32,000 bases of DNA from NCBI RefSeq assembly GCF_001457615.1, contig NZ_LN831024.1, positions 5,160,001 to 5,192,000 of the forward strand, written 5' to 3'. This document shows, piece by piece, positions 19,775-29,069 of the stretch. The notes below the pieces were generated by a model. That model made no database searches. It worked only from the letters and a program-made list of their open reading frames with translations, and had not been told where the DNA came from. The position numbers were made by a program, and so were the translations under genes. The stretch's first letter is position 1, and each line of letters starts with the position of its first letter. This DNA comes from Pseudomonas aeruginosa. Its GTDB lineage: Bacteria; Pseudomonadota; Gammaproteobacteria; Pseudomonadales; Pseudomonadaceae.

Positions 19775-21052
19775 CTATCGGTCGGATGAGGACGGCACGC
19801 GAACGAGACCCGGCTGCAACTCGAACACCTCCACGCCCTCCGGCGTGGAGCGTCCGATCTTGACCTGTTGCGCCATCACGCTGGCGCCGGGAGCCTGGCG
19901 AAAGTCCACGAACAGCCGGTCACCCTCGTGGCGTATCGCCTCCGGCGGCACGACGATGGCCTGTTCTTTGCGATAGGTGGTGACCGTCAGCTTGGCGCTC
20001 ATTCCCAGACGAATCTTCTGCAACTGGCGGGGATCAAGCGGCGCTACCGACACCGTCACCTCGAACTGCGGGCTGCCTCCCTGGGCCATGCCGGGCAGAG
20101 CCTGACCACCGAGGGCGGCGATGACGCCCGCCAGCGTGGTGCCCTCGAAGCCGTCGCCACTGATTTCCACCGCCTGCCCTTCGCGCAACTGGTTGATATC
20201 CAGTTCGGAAACCTTCGCAGATACCTTCAGCCGCTCGACGCTGGCCAGGCCGAACAACGCCTGGCCCTGCCCCAGCTTGCTACCGGCCTGCACCGGTTCG
20301 CGGCTGCCCTGCTCGCCAGCCAGGCCGGGCGCCGCGACGACGATACCGGCAAAGGGCGCGCGCACCGTACGGCCATCCAGCTGGGCCTGCAGCGTCTCGT
20401 ATTTCACGCTGGCGTTGGCCAGGTCCATTTCGGCGATCTGGCGATTCTCGCCCTGCCCCTTGGCGCGGGTCGACTCCACTTCCCGCCGGGCCGCCTCCAG
20501 GTCCATGCGCTGCTGGCTGGCCTGTTGTTCGAGATCGTCGAGTTCGTTGCGCGGGACGATCCCGCGCTGGAACAGCTCGCGGGTCTCGCGCAACTTGCGC
20601 TCGGTGCTGCTCTGCGCCAGCTGCGCGCTGCGCAGGGCACGACGGACCCGCGCCATGTCCTCGCCACGCTCCCAGTCGCGCAGGTCCTGCAGGGTGCGAC
20701 GGGCCTTGAGCAACGCCGACTGTGCCTCGCGCACCTGCACGGCGATCTCGCGGGTGTCCATGCGCAGCAGCTCCTGTCCTTCCGCGACCCGCTGTCCCGG
20801 CTCCACCAGCAGCGCCTCGACATTGCCGGCGAAGGGCGCCGCCAGGGTCACCACGCGCCCCGGTTCCAGGCGTCCGACCAGGCCGATCTGATGCACCAGC
20901 GGGGCCGCCCGTACGGCGACCCAGCGCTCCCCTTCCGTGCGTTTCGCGGTGCCGCCGGCGAGGACCAGCCAGGCCAGCGCCGCGACAACCGCCAGGCCGG
21001 CGGCGAGCGACAATGCCGGCCGGCGCAGGAAGGAAAACCGGTCAGTGGTCAT
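19775..21052 (-). CDS. HlyD/MacA-like periplasmic adaptor (membrane fusion) protein
   Basis: GLVGRLEPGRVVTLAAPFAGNVEALLVEPGQRVAEGQELLRMDT... GIVVAAPGLAGEQGSREPVQAGSKLGQGQALFGLASVERLKVSAKV. Confidence 0.92.
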   Translation of the reverse strand: MTTDRFSFLRRPALSLAAGLAVVAALAWLVLAGGTAKRTEGERWVAVRAAPLVHQIGLVGRLEPGRVVTLAAPFAGNVEALLVEPGQRVAEGQELLRMDTREIAVQVREAQSALLKARRTLQDLRDWERGEDMARVRRALRSAQLAQSSTERKLRETRELFQRGIVPRNELDDLEQQASQQRMDLEAARREVESTRAKGQGENRQIAEMDLANASVKYETLQAQLDGRTVRAPFAGIVVAAPGLAGEQGSREPVQAGSKLGQGQALFGLASVERLKVSAKVSELDINQLREGQAVEISGDGFEGTTLAGVIAALGGQALPGMAQGGSPQFEVTVSVAPLDPRQLQKIRLGMSAKLTVTTYRKEQAIVVPPEAIRHEGDRLFVDFRQAPGASVMAQQVKIGRSTPEGVEVFELQPGLVRVPSSSDR

Positions 21053-22523
21053 TGAGCGAAATCTCCCAGCTATCCAGGGTCATGCCGACGATCAGGTCGA
21101 GCTGCGTCTGCGCATTGAGAAACGAGATCAGGGCATTCAATTGGGTGTTCTCGACGTTGCGCAGGTCGGTCTCGAAGCTCAGCACCTGGAAGTTGCTCGA
21201 ACGCCCGACGCGCAGCTTTTCCCGTTCGATCTCCAGCTTGCGCCGCGACAACGCGGTGGCGCGCTGGGCGATCTGGTACTGGCGCCAGCGCGTGCCGAGG
21301 TCGCGCACCGCATCGATGACGTTCTGCTCCAGGGTCTGCCGGGCATCCTCGATCAGGATCTTCTGGTTCTCTACGTCGACCTGGGCGCGCACCTCGGCCT
21401 GCCGGCGGCTGAGGTCGCCGATGGGAATTTCCACCTGTACCCCGGCGTAGCTGTCCCAGCTGCGTGAATTGTCGCCACCGCCCTCGCTGTAGCGGTCGCG
21501 GATCTGGCTGGCGCCGCCCACCAGCGAGACATCCCACAGGCGCTGGTTCTTCGCCAGCACCAGGTTGAGGTCGGCCTGGCGACTGCCGATCAGGCGTTGC
21601 AGGTATTCCGGTTGCTGCTGCAGGGCGGTCCTGATCGCCTGCTGGCGGTCGACCTCGATCGGCGTGGCGGCCAGCGCATCGCTGGCGCGGATTTGCGTCG
21701 ACAGGTCCAGCGCCAGCAGTTGCAGCAGGGCCAGGCGTGCGCTGTCGACCTGGTTGGTGGACTCCTCGACATTGAGCTCCTGGCTGGCGACGTCGGCCTC
21801 GGTCTGCACGATCTCGAATTCGGCCATTCGCCCGGCGCGGATCATCGCCCGGTTGACCTCGAGCAGCTCCTGGGTCCGCGCCAGGGCTTCGCGAGCGATG
21901 CGCGCCTGCTCCTGGGCGCGCAGCAGCTCCCGGTAGGCGCCGATGACCTGGCTGATGGTCTGCGACACGCTGGCCTTGAGTTGCAGGCGATTGGCGTCTT
22001 CGGAGAGACGTGCCAGGCGCAGCGGCGCGGTGGTGACGTCCCAGCCCGCATCGCGCAGCAACGGCTGGACGACGGTCAGGTCGAGGCCATCGCTGCGGTA
22101 GCGCCCGGCCTCGTCGGCGGTGCGGAACTGCTTGACCCAGGCCAGGCTGAAGCGAGTGCCATATTCGCCAAGCAGGGTCGCGGTGGGCGAGACATTGCTG
22201 GTCCTCGTGCGGTCTTCGGTGGCGCGGTTGGCGCGATAGTCGCCGCGCACCACCAGCTTCGGGTTGAAGGCGTCGGCGGCGACGCGCAGGTCGAACTTCT
22301 GCGCGATCCGTTGCAGGTAGGCGCTACGGATTCCACGGTTGTTGCGCAGGCCAAGATAGACCGCGTCGCTCAGGCTGAGGTCGATCACCTGCTCGCTGAG
22401 CAGCACCGACCTGCCCTGCTCGCGGGCCATGCTCGGTACGTCCGGACTCAGCGCCGGGTTGACGCTGGCCGCCACCGGAAGAGCGGTGACCAGCCACAGC
22501 ACGCCCAGGCCCCACCTATTCAT
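21042..22523 (-). CDS. TolC-like outer-membrane efflux protein
   Basis: 493 aa with LSLSDAVYLGLRNNRGIRSAYLQRIAQKFDL and internal repeat typical of the OEP family; overlaps neighbouring genes on both sides. Confidence 0.9.
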   Translation of the reverse strand: MNRWGLGVLWLVTALPVAASVNPALSPDVPSMAREQGRSVLLSEQVIDLSLSDAVYLGLRNNRGIRSAYLQRIAQKFDLRVAADAFNPKLVVRGDYRANRATEDRTRTSNVSPTATLLGEYGTRFSLAWVKQFRTADEAGRYRSDGLDLTVVQPLLRDAGWDVTTAPLRLARLSEDANRLQLKASVSQTISQVIGAYRELLRAQEQARIAREALARTQELLEVNRAMIRAGRMAEFEIVQTEADVASQELNVEESTNQVDSARLALLQLLALDLSTQIRASDALAATPIEVDRQQAIRTALQQQPEYLQRLIGSRQADLNLVLAKNQRLWDVSLVGGASQIRDRYSEGGGDNSRSWDSYAGVQVEIPIGDLSRRQAEVRAQVDVENQKILIEDARQTLEQNVIDAVRDLGTRWRQYQIAQRATALSRRKLEIEREKLRVGRSSNFQVLSFETDLRNVENTQLNALISFLNAQTQLDLIVGMTLDSWEISLNDH

Positions 22524-23709
22524 CGCGCAGCGCCTCGACCGGTTGCAGGCGAGCCGCCGAGACCGCCGGATAGAGCCCGAAGAACAGCCCCACCAGCAGG
22601 GTACTGCCCATCCCCAGCGGCAGGGCCGCGTAGGCCAGGGAGAAGGTCCAGCCGGAGAACCTGGCGTAGAGATACGCAGCCGCCACGCCGAGCACCGCGC
22701 CCGAGAGCGCGCCCGCGGCGGTCAGGGTCACCGCCTCGATCAGGAACAGGTTGCGGATGTCCCGCTGGCGCGCGCCCAGCGCCATGCGCACGCCGATTTC
22801 CCGGCGGCGTTCGGCGACACTCATCAGCATCACGTTCATCACTCCGACGCCGCCGCCGAGCAGGGAGATGATCCCCAGTCCGGCCAGCAGGTAGGTGAAG
22901 GTCCGGGTCTGCCGCTTGAGTCCATCGAGCACCTGCTGCGAGACCTGGACCTGCGCCTCGTGACCGGGCAACCGCGCCGTCAGGGCCGCGCCCAGGGCCG
23001 CGCCGACGCTATAGACGTCCGCTCCCGGCGAGACCCGCGCCACCACATGGCTGACCTCGGCGGCCGGCTGCAGGCGCGGCATGCCCGGCGCCGGCACGAA
23101 CAGCGAGTCGTTGGCGGCGAACGGCAAGAGAGCGGCGCTGGCCTGCGGCTGGAGAATGCCGATCACGCGGAACAGATAGTCGTTGACCGTCAGTTGCTCG
23201 CCGAGGCGCAGCGGATCGCCGGGCGCCCCCAAGGCCTCGGCGATTGTCGCGCCCACCACCACGTAGGTGTCGTGATCGTCGAAGCGCGAGAGGAAACGTC
23301 CTTCGCGCAGCCGCAGCCTGGCGGCAGCCGCGAGCCCGGCGCTGGCGCCGACGATACTGGCGTTGCTGGTGCGTCCGTGAAAGGTCACCGGCGCCGAGTA
23401 CAGGCCCAGCGCCGCCAGGTGCTCCAGACCGGCCACGTCGCGGAGCAGCGGTTCGGTGTCGAGCGACGCCGGCATCGGCATCGGCGCCTGCGGGGCGAAC
23501 GGGAACTGCACCACCAGGGTGTCGGTGCCCATGTCCTTGAAGATGCTCATCGCTTCGTCGGTCGCGTTGCTGCCGATGTTCAGCATCGCGATCACCGATG
23601 AACAGCCCATGACGATACCCAGCAACGCCAGCAGCGAGCGGCGCCCCAGCCCGCGAAGACTGGCGAGGGCCTCGTGAAGCAATTGCCGGGGCGACGGGCT
23701 GGCGCTCAC
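22516..23709 (-). CDS. MacB-like ABC transporter permease (FtsX type)
   Basis: HEALASLRGLGRRSLLALLGIVMGCSSVIAMLNIG ... GVMNVMLMSVAERRREIGVRMALGARQRDIRNLFLIEAVTL. Confidence 0.93.
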   Translation of the reverse strand: MSASPSPRQLLHEALASLRGLGRRSLLALLGIVMGCSSVIAMLNIGSNATDEAMSIFKDMGTDTLVVQFPFAPQAPMPMPASLDTEPLLRDVAGLEHLAALGLYSAPVTFHGRTSNASIVGASAGLAAAARLRLREGRFLSRFDDHDTYVVVGATIAEALGAPGDPLRLGEQLTVNDYLFRVIGILQPQASAALLPFAANDSLFVPAPGMPRLQPAAEVSHVVARVSPGADVYSVGAALGAALTARLPGHEAQVQVSQQVLDGLKRQTRTFTYLLAGLGIISLLGGGVGVMNVMLMSVAERRREIGVRMALGARQRDIRNLFLIEAVTLTAAGALSGAVLGVAAAYLYARFSGWTFSLAYAALPLGMGSTLLVGLFFGLYPAVSAARLQPVEALRDE

Positions 23710-24425
23710 CGGCAGGCCTCCGCCAGGTCCTCGTGCACCTCGCCATGCCGCACTGTCAGTTGGCGCCCGAGACGGGCGGCCAGGCTGGGATCATGGGTGA
23801 CCACCACCAGGGTCACCTGGCGCTCGCGGTTGAGGGTGAGGAGCAGCTCCAGCACTTCTTTCGCGGTGCTCGCGTCGAGGTTGCCGGTTGGTTCGTCGGC
23901 GAGGATCAGCGCCGGCTCGCCGACCAGCGCGCGAGCGATGGCGACGCGCTGCCGCTGGCCGCCGGAGAGGTCCGCCGGACGATGGCCGGCGCGCTCGGCC
24001 AGGCCGACCCGGGCGAGCATCGCCTCGGCCCGCTCCAATGCCTCGCGGCGCGGCATCCCTCGATAGCTCAGGGGCAGCGCGACGTTGTCCAGCGCGTTCA
24101 GCCGCGGCAACAGGTTGAAGCTCTGGAAGACGAAGCCGATCAGGCGGTTGCGGATCGCCGCCAGTCGGTCCCCGTCGACGCTGAAGATGTCGTGCTCGGC
24201 GAAGCGGTAGGCACCGCTGTCCGGGCGGTCGAGCAGGCCGAGGATATTCAGCAGGGTGCTCTTGCCCGAGCCCGACGCGCCGACGATCGCGCAGCTTTCT
24301 CCGGGAAAGATGTCCAGGCAGACGTCTTTCAGTATCTGCAGCGGCTGCCCCCCCAGGAGGTAGCCCTTGCCGATCCCCCGCAGGGAGATCAATGGTTCGT
24401 GCTTGTTTGTTGTTGGCATTCGCAC
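23706..24425 (-). CDS. MacB/LolD-like ABC transporter ATP-binding protein
   Basis: Walker A GASGSGKSTLLNILGLLD, signature LSGGQRQRVAIARALVGEPALILADEPTGNLD; ATGA overlap with the permease (23706-23709). Confidence 0.95.
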   Translation of the reverse strand: MRMPTTNKHEPLISLRGIGKGYLLGGQPLQILKDVCLDIFPGESCAIVGASGSGKSTLLNILGLLDRPDSGAYRFAEHDIFSVDGDRLAAIRNRLIGFVFQSFNLLPRLNALDNVALPLSYRGMPRREALERAEAMLARVGLAERAGHRPADLSGGQRQRVAIARALVGEPALILADEPTGNLDASTAKEVLELLLTLNRERQVTLVVVTHDPSLAARLGRQLTVRHGEVHEDLAEACR

Positions 24426-24852
24426 CCGACCGCTCGCATCCCTTCAAGGCCCGCCCGGTCGTACCGCCGCAAGGCCGGCGATACAGGCCGAACGGCCATA
24501 CTGCTGATGATGGAGACAGCGCACAAGCCGCCACCACCGGCAACGCTACCCCGAGGCGCCAGCGCCGAGCGAAGGTAGCGGCTGGTCCGCCCGGCCAATG
24601 CCGGTACTCGATTCCGCCGGGCTTCGCCATATGGCGCGGCCTCTCCGGGCAGGCGGTATTGAGCGCACGGATCGGCTGCGCAGACCACTAGCAGAGCTGA
24701 TACCATCGCAGCCGTCGATGCACCCCCATCTTTAGTTAGGTGAAGGCTCAGGCATGCTGCGTGGGAGCCGCCCCCGGGTACCGCCGATGGAGGTGTCCCT
24801 GCGCAGTTCCCATGTTCCCCAGCGCATGGCTCGTTGAATTCCAGGCATGAAA

Positions 24853-24885
24853 AAACCGCCGGCCGGCAACGCCGGCGGGCGGTTT
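24853..24885 (-). terminator. intrinsic terminator of ettA
   Basis: AAACCGCC ... GGCGGTTT with inner GCCGGC arms; followed by a T tract on the minus strand just past the stop at 24899. Confidence 0.9.
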
Positions 24886-24898
24886 CTCGAGGGCGCGC

Positions 24899-26563
24899 TT
24901 ACGCCAGTTTCTTGTAGCGCACGCGGTGCGGCTGGGCCGCGGCGTCGCCCAGGCGCTTCTTGCGGTCCGCCTCGAACTCGGTGTAGTTGCCTTCGAAGAA
25001 GGTCACCTTGCCATCGTCCTCGTAGGAGAGGATGTGGGTGGCGATCCGGTCGAGGAACCAGCGGTCGTGGGAGATCACGATGGCGGAGCCGGGGAAGTCC
25101 AGCAGCGCCTCTTCCAGCGCACGCAGGGTTTCCACGTCGAGGTCGTTGGACGGTTCGTCGAGCAGCAGCACGTTGCCGCCCTGCTTCAGGGTCAGGGCCA
25201 GGTGCAGACGGCCACGCTCACCGCCGGAGAGGTCCTTGACGAACTTCTGCTGGTCGGCGCCCTTGAAGTTGAAGCGACCGACATAGCTGCGCGACGGGAC
25301 TTCGTAGTTGCCGATCTTGATCTGCTCGAAACCGTCGGAAACCTGCTCCCACACGGTCTTGTTGCCTTCCAGGCTGTCACGGCTCTGGTCGACGCTGGCG
25401 ATCTGCACGGTCTCGCCGATCTCGATGGTGCCGGAGTCCGGCTGCTCCTTGCCGGTAAGCATGCGGAACAGGGTCGACTTGCCCGCGCCGTTGCCGCCGA
25501 TCACACCGACGATGGCGCCCTTGGGAATGCTCAGGGACAGGTTGTCGATCAGCACGCGGTCGCCGTAGCCCTTGGTCACATTGTGCAGTTCGATGACCTT
25601 GTCGCCCAGGCGCGGACCGGCCGGGATGTAGATCTCGTTGGTCTCGCTGCGCTTCTGGAATTCCTGCGACTGCAGTTCCTCGAAGCGCTGCAGGCGCGCC
25701 TTGGACTTGGCCTGGCGGCCCTTGGCGCCCTGGCGTACCCACTCCAGCTCGGCCTTCATGGCCTTGGCGTGGGAGGCTTCCTGCTTGGCTTCCTGGGCCA
25801 GGCGGGCGGCCTTGGATTCCAGCCAGCCGGAGTAGTTGCCTTCGAACGGGATGCCATGGCCACGGTCGAGTTCGAGGATCCAGCCGGCGACGTTGTCGAG
25901 GAAGTAGCGGTCGTGGGTGATCGCCACCACAGTGCCGGGGAAGTCGTGCAGGAAATGCTCCAGCCAGGCCACCGAGTCGGCGTCCAGGTGGTTGGTCGGT
26001 TCGTCCAGCAGCAGCATGTCGGGAGCCGACAGCAGCAGACGGCACAGCGCTACGCGGCGCTTTTCGCCGCCGGACAGGTGCTCGACCTTGGCATCCCACG
26101 GCGGCAGGCGCAGGGCGTCGGCGGCGACTTCCAGCTGGCGTTCCAGGTTGTGTCCGTCGGATGCCTGCAGGATCGCCTCCAGCTTGGCCTGCTCGGCGGC
26201 CAGGGCGTCGAAGTCGGCATCCGGCTCGGCATAGGCGGCATAGACCTCGTCCAGCCGCGCCTGGGCCTGCTTGATCTGGCCGACGGCCTCTTCGACGATG
26301 TCGCGCACGGTGGCCTGCGGGTCCAGCTTGGGCTCCTGCGGCAGGTAGCCGACGTTGATCCCCGGCATCGGCCGGGCCTCGCCTTCGATCTCGGTGTCGA
26401 CGCCGGCCATGATCCGCAGCAGGGTGGACTTGCCCGCGCCGTTCAGGCCGAGCACGCCGATCTTGGCGCCGGGGAAGAACGACAGGGAGATGTCCTTGAG
26501 GATTTCACGCTTGGGCGGAACGATCTTGCCGACCCGATGCATGGTGTAGACGTACTGAGCCAA
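24899..26563 (-). CDS. ettA: EttA-type ABC-F energy-dependent translational throttle protein
   Basis: AQYVYTMHRVGKIVPPKREILKDISLSFFPGAKIGVLGLNGAGKSTLLRIMAG; two ABC domains (LSGGEKRRVALCRLLLS, LSGGERGRLHLALTLKQGGNVLLLDEPSNDLD); TTG start at 26563 preceded by GAGGTG. Confidence 0.95.
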   Translation of the reverse strand: MAQYVYTMHRVGKIVPPKREILKDISLSFFPGAKIGVLGLNGAGKSTLLRIMAGVDTEIEGEARPMPGINVGYLPQEPKLDPQATVRDIVEEAVGQIKQAQARLDEVYAAYAEPDADFDALAAEQAKLEAILQASDGHNLERQLEVAADALRLPPWDAKVEHLSGGEKRRVALCRLLLSAPDMLLLDEPTNHLDADSVAWLEHFLHDFPGTVVAITHDRYFLDNVAGWILELDRGHGIPFEGNYSGWLESKAARLAQEAKQEASHAKAMKAELEWVRQGAKGRQAKSKARLQRFEELQSQEFQKRSETNEIYIPAGPRLGDKVIELHNVTKGYGDRVLIDNLSLSIPKGAIVGVIGGNGAGKSTLFRMLTGKEQPDSGTIEIGETVQIASVDQSRDSLEGNKTVWEQVSDGFEQIKIGNYEVPSRSYVGRFNFKGADQQKFVKDLSGGERGRLHLALTLKQGGNVLLLDEPSNDLDVETLRALEEALLDFPGSAIVISHDRWFLDRIATHILSYEDDGKVTFFEGNYTEFEADRKKRLGDAAAQPHRVRYKKLA

Positions 26564-26938
26564 AACGAGCACCTCATGAAGAAAAGGAAAAAAACTCGGC
26601 CAAGTATATGACAGACCGAGAGAAAGCTGGCCAGCCACCCCGGTTTTCGTGGGGCGGGGCGCTTCGCCGGCGAATGTTCGCCGTCCGATTCCAGGCCGCT
26701 ACGGTGACGCTGAGCAGCGTACTGGCCGCCTTTACCGTCTCCGCTACCCTCGTCCTGTCGAAAGCGTTCTGCCTGGGGGAGGCGGCGACCATCGCCCCGT
26801 GCGGGGTCTGGGTGGGCCTGGCACTGCTCGCGGCCATGGTGCTGCCGCTCAAGACCTGAAGCGAAGCAAGGCGTGGGGAGATCCAGCCTGCTACAATTGA
26901 TCCAAATCAGTCTCAAAAGAACAAAAAAAACCTCAAAA

Positions 26939-27574
26939 ATGACACTCGCTCCCAGATCCGCCCAGCTACCCGACTCCCCGCACAGGGACAGTCTCGACCC
27001 AGCGCCAACCCCGTCGTCTCAGGACCAGCGCCTGCTCAAGGCCCTGGCCACCGCGATGGTCAATCATCCGCGCGCCACCATGGGAGAACTGGCGGAACTG
27101 GCAGGAGTGAGCAGGGCAACCCTGAACCGTCATTGCGGTACCCGCGAAGGTCTCAAGCGGCGCCTGGAAAGCCATGCCAGGAGTACCCTCGAACGCCTCA
27201 CCCACAGCGCCGCCCTACAGCGGCTGGAGCCGCGGGAAGCGCTACGCGAGCTGATCCGGGAACACCTCGCCCAGCGCGACCTGCTGGCGCTGCTGATGTT
27301 CGAGCAGAACCCGGGACGCCAGGCCGGGCATGGGGACGCCAGTTGGCAGTCCTATGTCGAAGCCCTGGACGCCTTCTTCCTGCGCGGCCAGCAGAAGCGT
27401 GTGTTCCGTATCGATATCAGCGCGGCGACCTTCAGCGAACTCTTCATCGTCCTGATCTACGGCATGGTCGATGCCGAGCGCCGCGGTCGCGCGGCCAGCG
27501 CCGGGTTGTCCGCCACGCTGGAGGAGCTGTTCCTGCGTGGCGCGTCGAACCCCGCACAACCTGCCAGCCCTTGA
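26939..27574 (+). CDS. esrC: EsrC, TetR-family regulator of mexCD-oprJ
   Basis: TetR-type HTH (HPRATMGELAELAGVSRATLNRHCGTREGLKRRLESHA) immediately adjacent to oprJ; start 26939 (MTLAPRS) preferred over 26873. Confidence 0.88.
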   Translation: MTLAPRSAQLPDSPHRDSLDPAPTPSSQDQRLLKALATAMVNHPRATMGELAELAGVSRATLNRHCGTREGLKRRLESHARSTLERLTHSAALQRLEPREALRELIREHLAQRDLLALLMFEQNPGRQAGHGDASWQSYVEALDAFFLRGQQKRVFRIDISAATFSELFIVLIYGMVDAERRGRAASAGLSATLEELFLRGASNPAQPASP

Positions 27575-27597
27575 GCGGGCGGCAGTTGCCACCCGCT
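27574..27597. terminator. possible hairpin between convergent esrC and oprJ
   Basis: AGCGGG-c-GGCA-GT-TGCC-a-CCCGCT, one internal mismatch; no strong T tract. Confidence 0.4.
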
Positions 27598-27624
27598 AGC
27601 ACCGTTTCCCACACGTTTACCCGC

Positions 27625-29064
27625 TCAACTCCTGCCGCCTCGATGTACCACCAGGCTCCGTCCCTCGTCCCAGCCTCCGCCGAGCGCGCGGAACAGGTCG
27701 ACCAGGGCGATCTGCCGCTGGGTGCTGCCGTCGATGAAGGCGATCTCGTTGAGGAAGCTGCTGCGCTGCGCATCGAGGTAGCGCAGGTGGTTGTCGACGC
27801 CACTCTCGTAGCGTGCCTTGGCCAGCTTCAGGGCTTCGTTGCTGCTGTTCGCCAGGGCGCGCAGGGCCTTCTCTTCGCGACGCAGGGTATCGCTGGCCGC
27901 CAGGGCGTCGGCGACCTCGCGGAAAGCGGTCTGGATGGTCCCCTCGTAGGCGGCCACCGCCGAATCCTTGCGCGCCTCGGCCAGGCTCAGGTTGGCACGG
28001 TTGCGCCCGCCATCGAAGATCGGCAGCGTCAGCGTCGGCAGGAAGCTCCAGGAGCGCGAGCCGCCATCGAACAGGCCGGACATTTCCGCGCTGGAGGTGC
28101 CGAAGCTGCCGGTCAGGCTGATGCGCGGGAAGAACGCCGCGCGCGCCGCGCCGATATCCGCGTTGCGCGCCCGCAAACGATGTTCGGCGGCAAGGATGTC
28201 CGGGCGTCGCTCGATCAGCTCGGACGGCGTGCCGGGAGCGATGTCCTGCAGCAGCTTCGGCCGCTGCCCCGGACTCCGCGGAATCGCCTGCGCGGCATCG
28301 TCGCTACCCAGCAGCAACACCAGCGCGTTGAATGCCTGCTGTTTCTGCCGCAGGTTGCGCTCCTGCTCGGCGCGCGCCTGCTCCACCAGGCCAAGGGCTT
28401 CCTGGTAGTCCAGCGCGGTGGCGGCGCCGGCCGCGCGGCGCTGGTCGATCAGGGCGAAGGAATACTCGCGGCTGACCAGGGTCTGACGGGTCAGCGCCAG
28501 GCGCCGCAGGGCGCCGTCGTAGCTCAGGTAGGCCTGGCTGACCTCGGCGACCAGGGCGATCCGTGCCGCGCGCGCTGCCTCCTCGCTGGCCAGGTACTGT
28601 TGCAGGGCTGCGTCGGTCAGGCTCTTGACCCGACCGAAGAGGTCCAGTTCGTACTCCGGCAGGGCCAGCCCGACCTGGTAGCTGCTGGCCACTTCCGAGC
28701 GATTGCCGGCGGACAGGTCGGCCGGCTGCCGCTGGCGGTTGCCGGTGGCAGCGGCATTCAGGCCCGGAACCCGGTCGGCGCGCTGGATTCGGTACTGCGC
28801 GCGGGCCGCCTCGATATCCAGGAGGGTCTGACGCAGCGAGCGGTTGTTATCCAGGGCCACGCCCACCAGGCGGCGTAGTTCGGCATCGACGATGAAACTC
28901 TTCCAATCCAGCGTGTCGATCGCCGCGCCCTGGCGCTGGGCGGCGCCGCCGCTCCAGCTGTCGGCCACCGGCGCGGCGGGACGTTCGTAGGTCGGCGCCA
29001 TGGAGCAGGCACCGAGGGTCAGGGCGATCAGCAGCGCCGATACGCCGAAAGCAGGTTTGCGCAT
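27625..29064 (-). CDS. oprJ: OprJ outer-membrane efflux channel
   Basis: MRKPAFGVSALLIALTLGACSMAPTYERPAAPVADSWSGG... matches recalled OprJ; lipobox LGAC; start 29064 preferred over 29073. Confidence 0.95.
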   Translation of the reverse strand: MRKPAFGVSALLIALTLGACSMAPTYERPAAPVADSWSGGAAQRQGAAIDTLDWKSFIVDAELRRLVGVALDNNRSLRQTLLDIEAARAQYRIQRADRVPGLNAAATGNRQRQPADLSAGNRSEVASSYQVGLALPEYELDLFGRVKSLTDAALQQYLASEEAARAARIALVAEVSQAYLSYDGALRRLALTRQTLVSREYSFALIDQRRAAGAATALDYQEALGLVEQARAEQERNLRQKQQAFNALVLLLGSDDAAQAIPRSPGQRPKLLQDIAPGTPSELIERRPDILAAEHRLRARNADIGAARAAFFPRISLTGSFGTSSAEMSGLFDGGSRSWSFLPTLTLPIFDGGRNRANLSLAEARKDSAVAAYEGTIQTAFREVADALAASDTLRREEKALRALANSSNEALKLAKARYESGVDNHLRYLDAQRSSFLNEIAFIDGSTQRQIALVDLFRALGGGWDEGRSLVVHRGGRS

Positions 29065-29069
29065 CTCGT

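Noticed and set aside
19730-19775. Similar AAAGTTAGGT / TTTAGTTAGGTG strings after the adaptor gene (near 19760) and upstream of the ABC ATPase (near 24735)
   Set aside because: Short chance-level match with no symmetric structure or promoter context; not enough to call an operon-flanking element.
24926-26611. 561-aa plus-strand ORF opposite ettA
   Set aside because: Antisense artefact mirrored from a highly conserved ABC-F gene.
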